Shown here in pieces: positions 10,876 through 25,471 of a DNA stretch of 64,000 nucleotides. Each line of letters opens with the position of its first letter. Within the stretch, counting starts at the first letter, position 1. Made by a program: the position numbers and the translations under genes. The notes under the pieces are model-generated. The model made no database searches. It worked only from the letters and a program-made list of their open reading frames with translations, and was not told the DNA's origin. The stretch lies in the NCBI GenBank assembly GCA_904063045.1, contig CAJFCJ010000011.1, positions 515,100 to 579,099 of the forward strand, read 5' to 3'. The DNA is from Dimorphilus gyrociliatus. Lineage: Eukaryota > Animalia > Annelida.

Positions 10876-12199
10876 GTTGAAAATTCACATTTAAGTAAAC
10901 AAACGATTTTTAACATCAACAGCCTATAATTTATAGAAGAGACTCTTTAGATTCCAACGACTCGTACAGAATTAGGTATACAATTGAAAACCTTGCAACA
11001 AAATTTACTAAATAATGTAAGCCTACAAACGGAATGTATATATTTTTGGTGTTCAAAAGCGAGGATCGAATATGTTATAAGCTTTTTAAAACGTGTCGAC
11101 GAAACAAGCCGAGCTCGTTTTTTTTACTCTGATGAATTAGGCCTACATTCTGACGCAAAATTTTTTTTTGTAAGGAGAATTAAACGTAAGAATTTTTTTC
11201 TCCCCTCCCCTTTTCTTAAAAATTCATTATTTTCTTTAACTACTCCCTATTTTAAAGTTTATCTATAGTATTGAAAGGGATAACGACGGTAATAATAAAC
11301 CGTTTTTCTAATGACGACAAATAAACAGCCATAACAACAATATGTCTATATAATTCACAGTCTGCCCTTTTCTCTCCTTGTCTGTCCTCCTATTTTTTTA
11401 TGTCTAGGTTTTATAGTTACAAATTTTCCTTAACTGTATTAAAACGATTAATATCCTTCATATATTCACCGTTCCGAAACGGAACGATCGATTTTTTTCC
11501 TTCTAAAGTACATTTTAACGTAACGACTAGACGCCTGTCCGGCGTTACTTTATCGCTCGATACGCTTTCAACATTATTCAATTTAATCAAAAAAGATACT
11601 TACTTCACCATTGTAAAATTTTTGTTATATCGAAGACGACCTATCAAATTGGCCGCCCTCTCACAATATTACATATTATTACGCAATTGTGGTTACAGAT
11701 ATTCCATTCCATGAAAATTTTCCACTGCAAAATGCCGGGGAATTGATCTTTCGTATACGGTAGCGCCATCACTTGGCCGATTATTTATCGCCCTAGGCCT
11801 ACGCGCCAACTATAAAAAGAATAAAAAAAGAGAAAATAAACGCCCTTCATTATTATCTTTTTCTCAAAAGACTATTGAACTTGAAAGAACAGTCCTAACT
11901 TTAATTATTCCATTTTGATTATTTATGCAATGGAAAAAAGTTTCTCTTTGCCAAAGGCCAGAAATTTATTGTTTATCTCAAAACTTGTCGCCTTTTTATA
12001 TAGGAAAAATCACCGAGTCCAGCCTCGGGAATGTAAATATCAGACACTCGTCTGACTTTGTTTACACAACTGCGTTCCGTCTTTAAAGCGAATTGTCGTT
12101 TAGGAAATAATTCCAATTACTCTTAGACCTTTTGACATTTATTAAGGCCCTTAACTTAAACAATGATCCTTCTTAAAATAAATATACAAACAAATTTAT

Positions 12200-12205
<6 letters not shown>

Positions 12206-12240
<35 letters not shown>
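12206..12240. repeat. (TA)n microsatellite, ~17 units
   Basis: A perfect tatata... run. Confidence 0.9.
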
Positions 12241-12244
<4 letters not shown>

Positions 12245-15200
12245 TTATATATATATTGGAATATATTGTATACTGTATAACAATAGTTGAATACAATTGT
12301 CAGCCAATTGTATATATTGTTATAAACTCCTGAAAAAGGTAGGATATATATTTTAACTAATTAAATCAATAGAAAAAACTCTTTCAGAATGAAAACATTA
12401 GTTTAGTATTAATTTCTTCCTAACCGCATTTATTGGTACCATTTTAGGAAATGCCAATATTTGTTCAAGAAGAAAGTATACTTTGAACTGCCTCTGATTT
12501 ATAGGCGTTTTTTTTATAAATTATATTGTATTTGTATATTGTTTACTATGTATTTATAATAAAAGATTGACTTGAAATAAATGAAAAATATTCATATTAG
12601 CTGAACTATCATCTAAGAATATCTTGATAATATAAAATGCTAAGAGGATTATAAAAATCATTTAATTAAATTGGAATACAAATGTTTTTTCTTCACTTGA
12701 GAAACTAATCCCTTAAAAAGACAAAATAACGTCCAAGTAAAACAACTACGACAAATAATTTCCGTATAAGGAGATACGAGTGCTATCACTCATAATTAAT
12801 ATCAAATATCGTAAATTTATACATATTTGAATAGATACGAAAATAACAGTATTTACAAGATTTGTAAAACGAACGTTTTTTGAAATTATATTCTCATTTT
12901 TTGTCAATATCCTCGGTTGAACTACGAATTCGAAAAAAAACAATTCTAGGCCTAAGGCATGGTGAAATTCAACAGTATATCGACAATTGAGGCTATATAT
13001 CACTGACAAATCGCGGTTAAAGCTTGTTAAGAGATATAAACGTTATACGTAATAAATTATTTAATGGTAACAATAAGACACAGTTATTTACTCATAGAAT
13101 AGTAATTTCAACTGCCCTAGTTGGTATAAATTAAAAATAAAATTAGAATTCGCTTCAACTTAACAATACATGTTGAATTCTTTAAAGTAATACGTTATTA
13201 TGTCTTTTTATCTGAAGGGTTTAATCCTGATTATAAATTCTAACTCCCTTTAATTGTATTATTCAATTAATAACAGTTAAAATAAAGTTATTGCTCGTTA
13301 ATAAATTTTTTATTTATTTATTGACACGGTGCTGACATCTTAGGGGTTGAAATTTAACAAAATTGTGAATAAAAAGTTCTTGGAAGTTACGTGCCGAGAA
13401 AATTAAATACCATATCATTAACAATTATACCTTTAACATTAGAATCTCTTTTTTTATCTTCTTCCTTTCAATAAACATCCGTAATCATGATCTATTGCAT
13501 AATTATTCAAAAAGGAGAAAAGCTTAATTACAGTATAAAACTAGGATTTCCTTTTAACCCATGATCTTGATAACACCAATATAAAATATACAAATGTATA
13601 CATAGTAGATATCTACGAATTTTGACATAGTTCTTTGCCAAAGATGTTGATAACAGGATAATCTGTAACAAATAAACGGTTTTGTTTGAGGAATGGGCGT
13701 ATCATTATCAATTCACGTCTATAGTTATATTTGCTTTTTGAGTAGTATTGCCGTAGCCAATCTACGTTGAATTGGGAGGATAATGTGAGAAAATAACAGA
13801 CTTGATCAATCATCCTTCAGTTGACTTTGCTATTTTTTGTTTTCCTCAACTTTTCCAAATCTACAATGAGAGCAGTTTTGAGATTTCCTTCTATTATGCT
13901 ATGCTTTTAAAGGCTAGCTAAGCCTGATGAGGTTTCGTTATGACTGCTTTATCGAGCCTAAATATCAACCAGCACTTAACAATATTTACCTACATAGCTC
14001 TCAGAAAACAGAAATTGCCCGAAGTTAGACGGCAAGTTAGAAGTCTAAGTCAATGAAATTTTTTACTAAATTACACAATTACAATAGAAAACAGTTGTTT
14101 TTGTTTGAAAATTCAATAGTTAGATTTTTCTGCACGATTGTAATTACCCTTTTTAACCTTAAATAAAAGTATTTAAGGAAAGTCAATTAAGCATTTTTGC
14201 CTTCTATGAAATTTTTCTTTACATAACTCATTCTAATACAAATTCTTCTTCGTTTATTCTAATTATTACATTGAGAATATAAGAGTCAAAATATATATAG
14301 CGAGAATTTCATCCTATTTACAGAAGACTTGTAAAAATCCAATCGACAATAATTAGATAGGATATTACAAGTCATCATTTAACATTCTTATAGTCAGAGA
14401 ACCGAAAACTATTTGTTATAATTGAATATTGGAACGATATTTTGGGGCCATAGAATAATTTATAGTACCCAGTATCCTGAATAGTTTGGGATATAAAAGA
14501 ATAGTATAAGAATGAATTGCTAATTTTATTAGCGCGATTTAACTACAAACTGAAAGTAAGAGTAGAATTCTTTTATTCCGCAGTAATACAATCTAATCTA
14601 GTATCTAAAAAAACCTTAGGGGTAGCTAAGTGGAATACTTTCACTCCACTTGCCTTGATAATCCCAAAAGTACCATACATGGGAAATGCTTTACAAAGTT
14701 ATTGTCTTTTTTTTACCGACAAAGCTTTTATACAAGACTTTTGTAAGTCTCTTACTTATATATATTACTAATCGAATTGATACAATTGTACAGTTTTTTC
14801 TCATCTACATTAATTCCTTCTATTCTTATAGTTATATACTTCTTCGATAATGCTTCAAAGTGGTTTATATTTAGAGTAGAATGTGTAATTAGATAGATCT
14901 ACATATCCTGTCTATACTTGTTTATTAAAATAGCAGTTATTCAAATTCTTTCCATGGACCTTATTTAGGTTTTTCACTTGTATAATTCAGACAACCGTTT
15001 GTTTACTTCATGCTAAATCACTTTCGAGAGTTAAAACGTGACCTAGTGGGAGAATATGAAATCTTCCAAATTCCTTAGGTGTATAAAACAACAGTTGAGA
15101 GAATCTCAGAGGCATAAGGGCAACGAAACCAAAATTCGGTTGAGTCAGAGAACCATATTTTGTATTTTAGTTGAAAAGTTGAGTCATTGGTAGTAATAGC

Positions 15201-16489
15201 CTTTTGCTAAAGAAAAGTTTATAATTACACTGTTAGTATAGCCTATCTGCCAAAAATAACATCCAAACTCAATGAAAAGCTGTGACTTCATTATAGAATC
15301 TTTAGATAGAATTATTATGGTAATTACGAAAGCTCTTGTGTACATGTCTGTGATTTAATTGTGATATTTGTATCATTCGTTTCATCTAAATGTTGTTTAA
15401 AGAAAGAGCTGCGAAAAAGATCCTTATCAGTTCAGAGCATAAGAAAGACGTTTATCATTTATTCATCGAAACGAGGCAATCGATTCCTAATGTCCCAGAA
15501 AACGACTTTTCCCAGATTACGGTTACGCTTCATTAGTTTCATCCTGAAATCTTTAGGTCAAAAATTCCCCCTCTTCACACTATATGAATAGCATCACTCA
15601 GTTAAATAAATTTTAATCAACTATCTAGTTTCTTCAGCTGTTTATCTAAAATAAATTTTCTCTCTGTACAAGACATTGAATCAGATAAGGCGGTAGTTCT
15701 TAATCACTACACTCCGAAATGATATCACACTCACTGGGTATCTTAGATCACAAGATATTGAACTAGTTTCTTTCAAAGGTGGGCAAATGAAAGTAATTAT
15801 CTGTATTACCTGGCAACCTAAAATAACCCATTTGATCTATAAAATGTGATTATCAAAGGCCTAAAACGAAAGGAAAATGTTTACGGAAATAGGTCGAAAG
15901 TTCCTATTAGGCTTTATGGTTAAAAATAATTAACAATAAATATAAAATGAAATAATTGTAATTGAGCTTATTTTTTACAAAACGAATTACTTAAAACAAT
16001 TCAGTAATTTTATTACAGGAAAAATTAACATCCATATTACATATCAACATTCATCAGTTTTAAACTGCAAGTCTGCTAGAGCGTGTAAATCAAACTAGGA
16101 GCGAATTCGCAACACGAAGTAGATATTTATATAATAAGTATGCGCTGAATTCAGTTCTGTAGGTGAGTAGCTACAAATTCGTAAGATTAAGGTCTTGTCA
16201 TTGTCTTACAGATTGGGTATGAAAAGTCTCTCAAAAAAAGGATTTAAATGTTATAAAAACAATTGATTACGTGATACATATCCATTAAAGTAAACATTAT
16301 ATAATGGATAGAGTTAAAAAAAATCACAACCGTCGACTGATTAGCGTTGTATAACCCTGAAAGCTAGAACAACCATACTGAAAATCGCCCCGATGTTTGG
16401 AAGAAAGCAAAAACCTCCACATTGTTGAATGTCCCGCTGAAATAAATAAAATATTTTCGAATGGTATATAAATCTAGATAGATTGAAAG

Positions 16490-19400
16490 TTATAAACTTA
16501 CGCTCATACTGTTGTCAAAACAAAATTCAGGCCGTCTCCGAAATCTTTTTTCCACGTCACATTTTTCATCTATAAAATTCGGATCATCAGGTAAGATTGA
16601 GTTAAGGAAAAAATGGCTTTTAAAATAAGAATTTGATATCACTACAACTTTGAAACTATTTAAAAAAAGGATATTTTCTACTGGTTTATGATGGAGAAAT
16701 TCATCATAACACGATGGCTCGCATTTCGTAGCTGCATCTTTAAATACGACTAAATACAAATTTGTTTCCTTTATTTCATAACCCTGAACACTTCTGAAAA
16801 AGTTACTTTTCATATTAGCAAAATGTTTATAATAAGAATGTAACACTACGTTACCCTCTCGTACATCCGTTACATCCGGAGAGTGTTCGTGTAAAATGAG
16901 GATCAGATGATCTTTGCAATAAATATAGAGATTCTTTTTTAATACAACTTCTGTTTTGAGTGATAGGAGAACCAATGGCATCTACCGTGTTTGACACTGT
17001 AAATTTGATTGTTAGTAGAATACGTGTGTTATGATTTAAAGAATATTTACCAGATGAAGATGTAAGTAGTGCCCAAAATCTATAAAAGAAAATGGCATAA
17101 AAAATTAGATTTATAAAGATTCATCTATGAAGCTTACAAATTAAAATATCCAATTATAGTTGATATTTTCAAATTCCACCATTTAAAAGTCAAAAGTTCA
17201 TAGAAAAAAGGCTACAATGTAAATTTAAATTAAAACAATTGTTTAAAGCAATTGAATAATAATATACCAAATTTGCGGTTTTTCCAACGCCACTGACTGT
17301 GCGTTGAACAATACTGCAAGACGCTTGATAGTCGTAAACTTTTGTTCTGGATGATAAAATTTATTGACAAGATAATATAAAAGACTGATGATGGAAATTT
17401 ACTCATTAAATCTATTTTCCTTTATCAGTAATGCCATAATCTGCACAAACAATTGTTGATCAGTGATACTTCCCAAGAAAGAACCAATCTGTGTAAATAA
17501 GTTGCTTATATTAATTTAAATATGATAAACTTAATCTTGCGAACTTACATATTTATCGTCGTTTTCATTTGATGAAACTACCAAAAAGCCTCCATCATCT
17601 AACAATAGACAGAAGTTTTTATCCGTACATCTATTTATATTACTTCTTAAAATATCTCTTAATGACTTTGGAGGTATTTTAACACCAATGACTGAAAAAT
17701 ATAGGTATGCTTTGAACTATTTTCTTTTTTAATGAACGTTATCTTCATACCTGCGTCTTTCACAGTGCCGGAAAATGTTCCCACTGATTTTCCTGCAATT
17801 ATTGATGCTGTGCAATTTTCATCCATACATTCTATGAGAAAGCAGTGTAAATTAAGTATGTGGAATATTTTGTTTTTGAAATATTTGATACCGCTTGCGT
17901 CAGATGTAGAAAAAAACCATTTATCCAAGTCCAATGCTCTTTTGAAAAAAGTTGACTCCCAAACGTCAGCACTACTAAGATAAGTATCTCGAGATCTAAA
18001 ATAGCCATAGCCTATTAGACATATTCTAAAATATTTAATTAGCTTAAAAAACTAACGATTCTGGGTAAAATCTTGTCATTCCACTACCCGATGCAAAAAA
18101 GAACGACAGAATCGGTTGCCTTGGATTAGCTTCCTGCCAAATATTCGGCAAAGAACTAGTAGAAATTATATCAAATAACAAATGATCCAATAACTTATGG
18201 TCACCTTTGTATTAGAAAGTAATATTTATACGTAATTAGGTCGAAAATTAAGTTTTTATTACTTACAAGTTAAACTAGGAAGATCAATGTTTAATAAGTC
18301 TGGAATTGAAGTAATATTTTCGCACCATTCCCTGTAGAAATCAACAAGCCATTATTTTGACTTTACATCAAATTAAGCCTAATCTTACCAAGGAGAAATG
18401 ACCATCATTTCATCTTTCAACATGTGTTTTGCTTCTCTATAAAATCGATCTTTGTCTTTATTAACCTTGTCAAACATGTGCTTGCGATACGGTGGTAATA
18501 CAATAGCGATACTATATATGAAAGTCATTTAGAGAAATACCAAAGAAAATAGTAATTTTAAACAAGATACCTAAAAGTTGTATTTTCAATTCCAATATAG
18601 TGATACGTTCTTGTATTATGTAATATATGACCGTCACTAGTAACTCTAGTTAAACCTTTTACAGTCATAGTTGACTCAGTTTTATTAATCATCTCTTCTC
18701 GAACCTAGAGCGAATTAAAAATAGTTATTTACAGAAAATAGAATACCAGTCACAAACCAATTTTAGATCATCGCTTTCTATTTGAATTTCTAATAAATCT
18801 ACTGTAGGAGGATCCGATAACCATCCGTGTTGAGCTTTGAGATCAGGATGAAAAAGAATATAACCATTATTATTTATTGCAAACGCGTAACCGTTTGGCC
18901 CAAGCTGTGTTAAATTAAGAAGTTAAAAAGTAGTAATTTTATTATATATGGTGAAAAAATTACTTTCTTCCAAGGTATATGTCTCTTCAGTTCATCAATT
19001 GTCACATCAGTTCCCATTACTCCCAACAATGTGTCATTTTTCTGAAATATTTTAAACCTTAGAGATAAATATATGTAACAATTCTACTCTATTTACATCT
19101 AAGTCTCGCGTTCTGTTGTAAACAGGCAATGTTACAGTTGTCATAATACCCAATCTCTGTAATAAATATAAAAAAATATTCATTAAATTCGATTCTCCAC
19201 ACAGAATAAAATTATATCAATATTGTCTAAAGCGTGCTAATGCGTAAATAATTATAGCATTCAACAAAGCTATAATAATAAAAGTAATAATAAAAAATAT
19301 CAGATAAAATAGAAAAATCACAAACTTGGTGAAATCTGTTAGTCCAAACAAGTTGTCTCGCCTCATATGCAAGTTTTCCAAGGTAAATCTATTAGTAGGG

Positions 19401-22400
19401 TGAGGGCAAATGTGTTTTTGTATTAGTATTAAAACATATCAACAAGTTAATAAGTAATTAGAGGTAAAATAGAATGATTAAAAGAAGTTAGCATGAGAAT
19501 TGTTATTTTTTGCAATTTTGTAGTAGTCTAGTTTGCAATGTCACTCTCAAAATAATTTTTACCATATAATCCAAATAAGTTTTGGACCATGTACGGTGAA
19601 TGGACCAAGTTTTAGGGTATTCTTTACTGATACCGTGTAAGTAGCTCTATCAGAATGTATTTTGCTTATTATATCAAATACTTTTATTTCTTATTTTACA
19701 AGTCATTATTTCTAGTCAATTATTAGTGAAAATTACCTGTACTGTAGATCGAATGTCACCCATTGCTGGTACGCGAGAATAATAGCCTATACAAAGAACA
19801 AAACAAGCATATTCAATTAAGATCATTCATCAAAATATCAACTAACCTCTATTAGCGCAAGCAATCCATCTAACTGCGGCGTAAGGATTTGGTTGAGGAC
19901 CAACCATATAAGTAAATATTCTAACTTTCTTTTCTGGCCAATTATAGTTTTCGAAAACCTCTTCTGCAGTATCCGTTCCTCCGTCAGTAAGAAACATAAT
20001 TACTTTGTTGCAATTAGCTCCTTCTAAATCCCCCTCATCCATTGACTTGTTGAACTAAAGTATAATAATACTAGGAAGACTATCTTTAAATAATTGTTAA
20101 CACAAACTTCCTTTATCCTTTCAAATGCAAATTTAAAAGCATTGTTGTATTTTGCCATTCCCTTAGCTTGTAAATCGTCTATAGCTTTCAAAAGAACCTG
20201 TAATCAAATATTTTTTTCAAATTTTACGAGAGAATAATTAACTTGTAAATTTAGATTGATTAAACTTACTTGTTTATTCCTTGGGTTTGCTTGAACAAAT
20301 TTTCGGAAACATCCTACATAATCCGCTTGATCTGAAAACTAGTATAAAAATTCTTCTTAAAAAAGAAATTTCGTACATTGACTTTCTCATGCGTACGTCA
20401 AGGTGTTTTCTACTAAGTGAGCATGCATCCTTCAACAGAAGGAAAAAATTGTATTTTTTTAAAGGGTCAGGCGAGGATACAAACTTTAATTAATCAAAAA
20501 TTTTATTTACATACTTAATTATGTACAGATAATGATAAACAAGGCACATACTCAATCTATTAATTCTGTATAAGACATTAATTTAAGGAATATACTATTT
20601 AAACTTATTTCTTATTACATATACTGTATATAAGAAAATATTTTTCAACATAAATAAATTTACAACTTGAACTTAAATATAATTATGATTCATTAAGGTC
20701 ATTACTATATAATAAGTGATGGATAATTTGACTTTTGTGACGTTTACTATAGAAAATTATGTATAATATAACATGCGCCAGTTACATATTTTATAAAAAT
20801 TTATCTAAAAACTGAAAAAATTAAATAACGTAAAAATAATCTACTTTTGTGCGCCATATAAAAATGCACTGCTAGACGGATATTTATGGAAAGGGATTCA
20901 ACTTTTCGTTGTCCAGGAAAATATCCAATAAACTACATAGTTTTAAGATATAAAAATATTTTTTTTTAAATAAGAACGCTTCCATTGGACACACAAAAAA
21001 TGAATCATAAGTATTTAGAGAAGGTTATGGAGGTGTTTTCTTTTTCCATATTTTCTACATCTTCATAACATATTTATACTTTTACAGCCTTACGTTTGCT
21101 ACAGCGACATAATCATTTTGTCCAAGCGTGCTAATTAGAGATTTAGCAGTCTCTTTTATTAAAGATAAGGCTTGTCCATATGTACTTCCACTCCTTTGAA
21201 AGCCGCATAGGTAAATATAATTATAATATTTAATTTCATCAATTTGGTATAAGTCTCACATGCAAAAACACTTGGTGAAAATTTGCACTCAATAGAAAAA
21301 TCTTACGCTCAAGACAGAAACAAAATCATCTTCACTGAGTAAATCTAAAAATGACTTTGCAGTTTCCTTTATAAGTAATAAATTTTGACCCTGAGTGCTT
21401 CCACTCCTGATGAAAGATAAATGGTAATAATAAAATTTCTAAGTTTCTTTTTATAGAAATTTAAAAACATGGCATATTATACATTTCATTTAAAAAAGAT
21501 GTATTGTAAATGTTCTCTCAAGAGATCTCTGATTTAATATGTACTCTATTATTAATCTCTTTGTAACGAGCAATAATGATGATAAATCCATTATTGTTTG
21601 AAATAGACGCTTCGACGTCACAGATTAAGTTCAAATTCCTTAGGCAAAATATTTCTACTTACGTATCTATAAGTATTAGCATGTCTTTTGGAGAACTGGC
21701 TCCCTGTGTGTACCAAGGACGTCTACGGACATCATATAAATCTGGTTCAATGTTAGACCATTTTATTCCTGAGGGGAGAAATTTTATTTTATAAGTTTTT
21801 TTTTAAATTCAATTATTTACCGGGAAAAACCCGCAGAACTCCAGTTTGACTTCCAAAATACTGCAATAGCATATTGTCATAGTTTTTAGAATTATTATAC
21901 CATACTTCATCCAACTTGTTCGTCCATTTTAAGTCATTCAATATGTGTAAATCTAAAATTATTTAACCTTTTAGAAAAAGCTCTAAGACATTTTTAATTG
22001 TTTAATACAAACCACCCTCATAAATTTCTACTGGAATATGAACGCTTGAAGAATTATATGAAACATTTCGCATAAGACGTTCCTCGTAAACGAAGCCTTC
22101 TTCATTCTCCCTAATATTCCGAGCATTCTTATACGAAACATCTTCAAGCTGAAAACATTCATATATTTAATGTGTAATAAAAATATAATTTATTAGCTCC
22201 TTGTGTAAGTTTGAATTTACCTTTAGGTTAGGATCGTAACCATGCTGACCAGCGTATTTTTCGGCCTCGTTAACGGCATTCTGTTCGAAGAATAAATGCA
22301 CTTTACGTAAGAAGAGAGATAAAAAAAAACATGCCTCTAAAGACTCGATTTTTTCTTGCAGTATTTTATGTAATTTGTTAGCCAGTTTTCGAACTAAATG

Positions 22401-22971
22401 ACTGCCGTCTATATCCAAAGTAGTCGCATCAAATTCGTTGACTTTTTCGTTGTAATTTTTTACAATTTTTTCTATTAGTGTGTTACTTTTCAAAAAATCC
22501 AATAGTGTCTTTTGGAATTTTGCAAAAAGAGTTGCAAGTCTGTAATATGAAAGATGCATATACATAAAAATTGTAAGATTATTATTTGTAATGGTTGAAA
22601 AATCTAAAAATAGCGGCACACGTTCTTTGATCATCATCGAGTTTATCATAAATAAATATATGTAGAGTAGTTTTGAATAGTAATTATTATACTTTCAAGA
22701 TTACACTAGCAAAGGAAATGTAATATATTATGAGTAAAAATGCACTTACGGATCGACACCCTGCACTCTCTCTTGGATAAGACTTACACAAAAAAACATA
22801 ATTAAAATCTTCGGTGTTAGATGCATTTTGAAAATTAAATCTGCTAATGTCCTAGTACAGATGTTGTCGCCATTTAGAGATAGAAATGAATAGCATCTAA
22901 TGGAACAAAATGTGAGTAAGTAACGGTAGCACTAGAAAAAGTGTGGCGAAGGCTACAACACGGTGCAGCAT
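16490..22971 (-). CDS. Voltage-dependent calcium channel alpha2/delta-like subunit (VWA_N + VWA + Cache architecture), multi-exon. The putative signal-peptide exon begins at 22971. The C-terminal exon or exons (after ...[10 protein letters not shown]) were not located and probably lie below 16490
   Basis: Minus-strand exons: 22971 [18 protein letters not shown] (signal peptide); 22167-22649 VWA_N-like (…[68 protein letters not shown]); 19842-20042 VWA core [54 protein letters not shown] (compare alpha2delta [35 protein letters not shown]...WMACENKG); 16490-16981 matches the region ending ...CFDNN of alpha2delta. CACHD1 is a possible alternative family. Confidence 0.65.
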
Positions 22972-23330
22972 CTCGTTTTTCTACAAGTTTATAATTTATT
23001 AATATTTTTTATATCAACTTGTTCATTTATAAGTAATAAAAAAAATTCTTATCCGTTATTATTAAGAATAGTAATTGTGGTTACATTCTATTATTCTGTA
23101 GCAACTTTGCAAATACAAAAACAATAAATTCTCGTAACCATTCTTAGTACTACCATTTTCTTATACTATATAACGTCATTTCCGGAAAAATTGCTAGTTC
23201 TTAATGGAATATATGTATTTAAATAACTTAACAGAAACTATGATTTAACTTCAAAAACATTTAGGCTCAATCTGTTTATAATGTCGGAAAAGCGGTCATT
23301 TTTATTAATTTGCTTTAAAAATGCTACTTT

Positions 23331-25310
23331 ATGGCACATATTCAGCAATTATTAGATGCCTGTCGTTTGGGCGAAGTGAACGCTGTTCTGGCCCTACTGA
23401 ATCATGTTGACGTTAATGCTTCAGATCATCAGGGGGTTACAGCTTTACAAATGGCTTCAGCATGTGGTCGTATAGTAATTGTTAGGGAACTTTTAGCAAG
23501 GGGAGCGGCACTGGAGCAGGCAAACAACCTTGGATGGACGCCACTATTACACGCATGTAGAAGAGGTAGACTAGACGTAGCCGACATTCTCATTGCTAAC
23601 AAGAGCAACGTCAATGCTAGAACAAAACACGGAACATCAGCATTAGTTTTGGCTGCACGGGGCGGCCATTCACTGGTAGTTAAATCCCTTTTAGACGCTG
23701 GAGTCGAAACATGGCCTCAAACTGCGGTGGACGTAACAGTGTGTGAAATTTCTGCACTAATGGCTGCCTCCCAAAAGGGACATCACTCAGTAGTTCGTCT
23801 TTTGTTAGACAAAGGTGCCGATGTAAATGCTCGAGCTCCGTCAACAGGCGTGTCCGCTTTAAGTTTTGCAGCTCTTTCCTCGAATGTTAGTTGTTGCGAA
23901 ATTTTAGTTCAGAGAGGAGCTGATCCTGACCAATATGACGTAAATGGAAGAACACCATATTACTTAGCTAGACACAAATCGGTCAAAGATTACCTTAGGC
24001 AAAGAACTGATGGAGCATCAATTGTTGATGACCAGATTAAAAGATCAGAACAAACCCTTTTTCTGCAAGCTCTTTTAGAAGGTGATACTCTAAAAGTAAA
24101 ATCATTTTTAGAACGAAACCCCTCCCTAGTAGACATTACTTTGACACAGCATGATGGAGCAACTCCTTTAATGCTAGCTGCTGTTAGGAATCAAACTGGA
24201 GTGGCTAAACTATTAATTGAGTATGGTTGCAATATAGATTCTCAGGACTCAAAAAATGGCTGGACAGCTTTGATGCAAGCTACCTATCACAAGTATGTAT
24301 ATAGCTCTTTTTCTAAATAAATAATGCAAAAAGATTTGTTACAGTAACGAAGATATGGTTAGATTGCTTTTAGAATCTAACGCCAACCCTAGAATTGTGA
24401 ATCATGTGGACTTTACTGCTTTCGAACTTGCTACAATGAACATGGGAAATACTGAAATTTATCGATCGTTAGCCAAGGCTACTGACCCTAATTCTGGAGT
24501 TAGAGATGAGGCCAAGAAGAGATCTTGGAAGAAATTTCTTAGTAGAGTATCCTCTCGCTTTGGATCGACTCTACGTCCTTCATCTAGTCGCTTGTCATTA
24601 AATTCTACTCAAACTATTGTTGAAGCAGATCGAACAATGTCTAAAAAAGAGTTTGATCGCGTTATGAAGGATAGTGAGAGACAAAGAAGAATGGCTGAGA
24701 AAATGGAGAGAAGAAAAATCGTTTCTGCTAAGTCAATGCTCGATTTAAGTGCAACACCTTCACCAGCAAGTCTTGCAATGAAAACCTGGGTAAGATTTAT
24801 TTTCATATTGTGCAATTAGTCATGTTTTAAGGAAATTCGATATTCTTCTAGGCACCTGCTAAAAACCTAGGCTATAAAAGAAATTCTCAATCAACTTGTA
24901 ATTTAACTTCTATTGGAATGCGCAATCCAAACTGTAGTCCAGGATCATCTGCAACAGCTGTTGCTTTGTCTGGAACATCTAGTGGATCAAGCACGTTAAC
25001 CAATGATCGGAATAAGCGAAAGCCATTGATTCATAGTCCACCATCGACAAGATCTCAGAGCTCTTTACCACTAAGTGAAGCTGTAGAGCATCTTGAAGAT
25101 GAGGAAGATGTTGCTGGTGTTTTACGCCAATTATCTCTGCAGTCATATACTCCTGTTTTCGAAGAAAATGAAGTTGATATGGAGGCCTTTCTTACATTAA
25201 ATGACAAAGATTTATGCGAGCTTGGTATAAATGAATCATTAGCGAGAAACGATATACTAAGCGCCATAACCAGAATCTCAACTAGGAATCGAATATCTTC
25301 GCCTTGTTAA
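23331..25310 (+). CDS. Ankyrin-repeat and SAM-domain protein (ANKS3/ANKS6-like); exons join(23331..24291, 24345..24789, 24852..25310)
   Basis: Exon 1 carries more than 6 ankyrin repeats (…GVTALQMASACGRIVIVRELLARGAALEQANNLGWTPLLHACRRGRLDVADILIANKSNVNARTKHGTSALVLAARGGH...). It continues ATYHN|NEDMVRLLLESNANP across a 53-bp intron. A Ser-rich linker follows. The C-terminal SAM domain is LRQLSLQSYTPVFEENEVDMEAFLTLNDKDLCELGINESLARNDILSAI, matching the ANKS3 SAM (LEQIGCLKYLQVFEEQDVDLRIFLTLTESDLKEIGIT). Confidence 0.7.
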
Positions 25311-25471
25311 TGCTTTTCTTAATCTACTTCTCTATTATTCATGTGATGTTAAAGAATCTGTGATACAATCAGGTTTATTTTTAAGCATTTATCTATATTT
25401 TTCAGATTAATTTTTGAATCAAAATACAGTGCAATCTATCGTTGAAAATATTTTAGCCTGATGAGATATTA

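Noticed and set aside
12206-12240. Regularly spaced short repeats, examined as a possible CRISPR-like array
   Set aside because: It is a simple (TA)n dinucleotide microsatellite with no unique spacers. The whole window is intron-containing eukaryotic DNA.
11400-15600. Several 70-100-aa ORFs (11400-11714, 12746-13009, 14517-14771, 15361-15591) in the 10.9-16.4 kb desert
   Set aside because: Their composition is extremely AT-rich, Phe/Ile/Lys/Asn-rich and low-complexity, with no splice-compatible neighbours. They are most likely chance ORFs, though missing alpha2delta 3' exons could lie in 15.0-16.4 kb.
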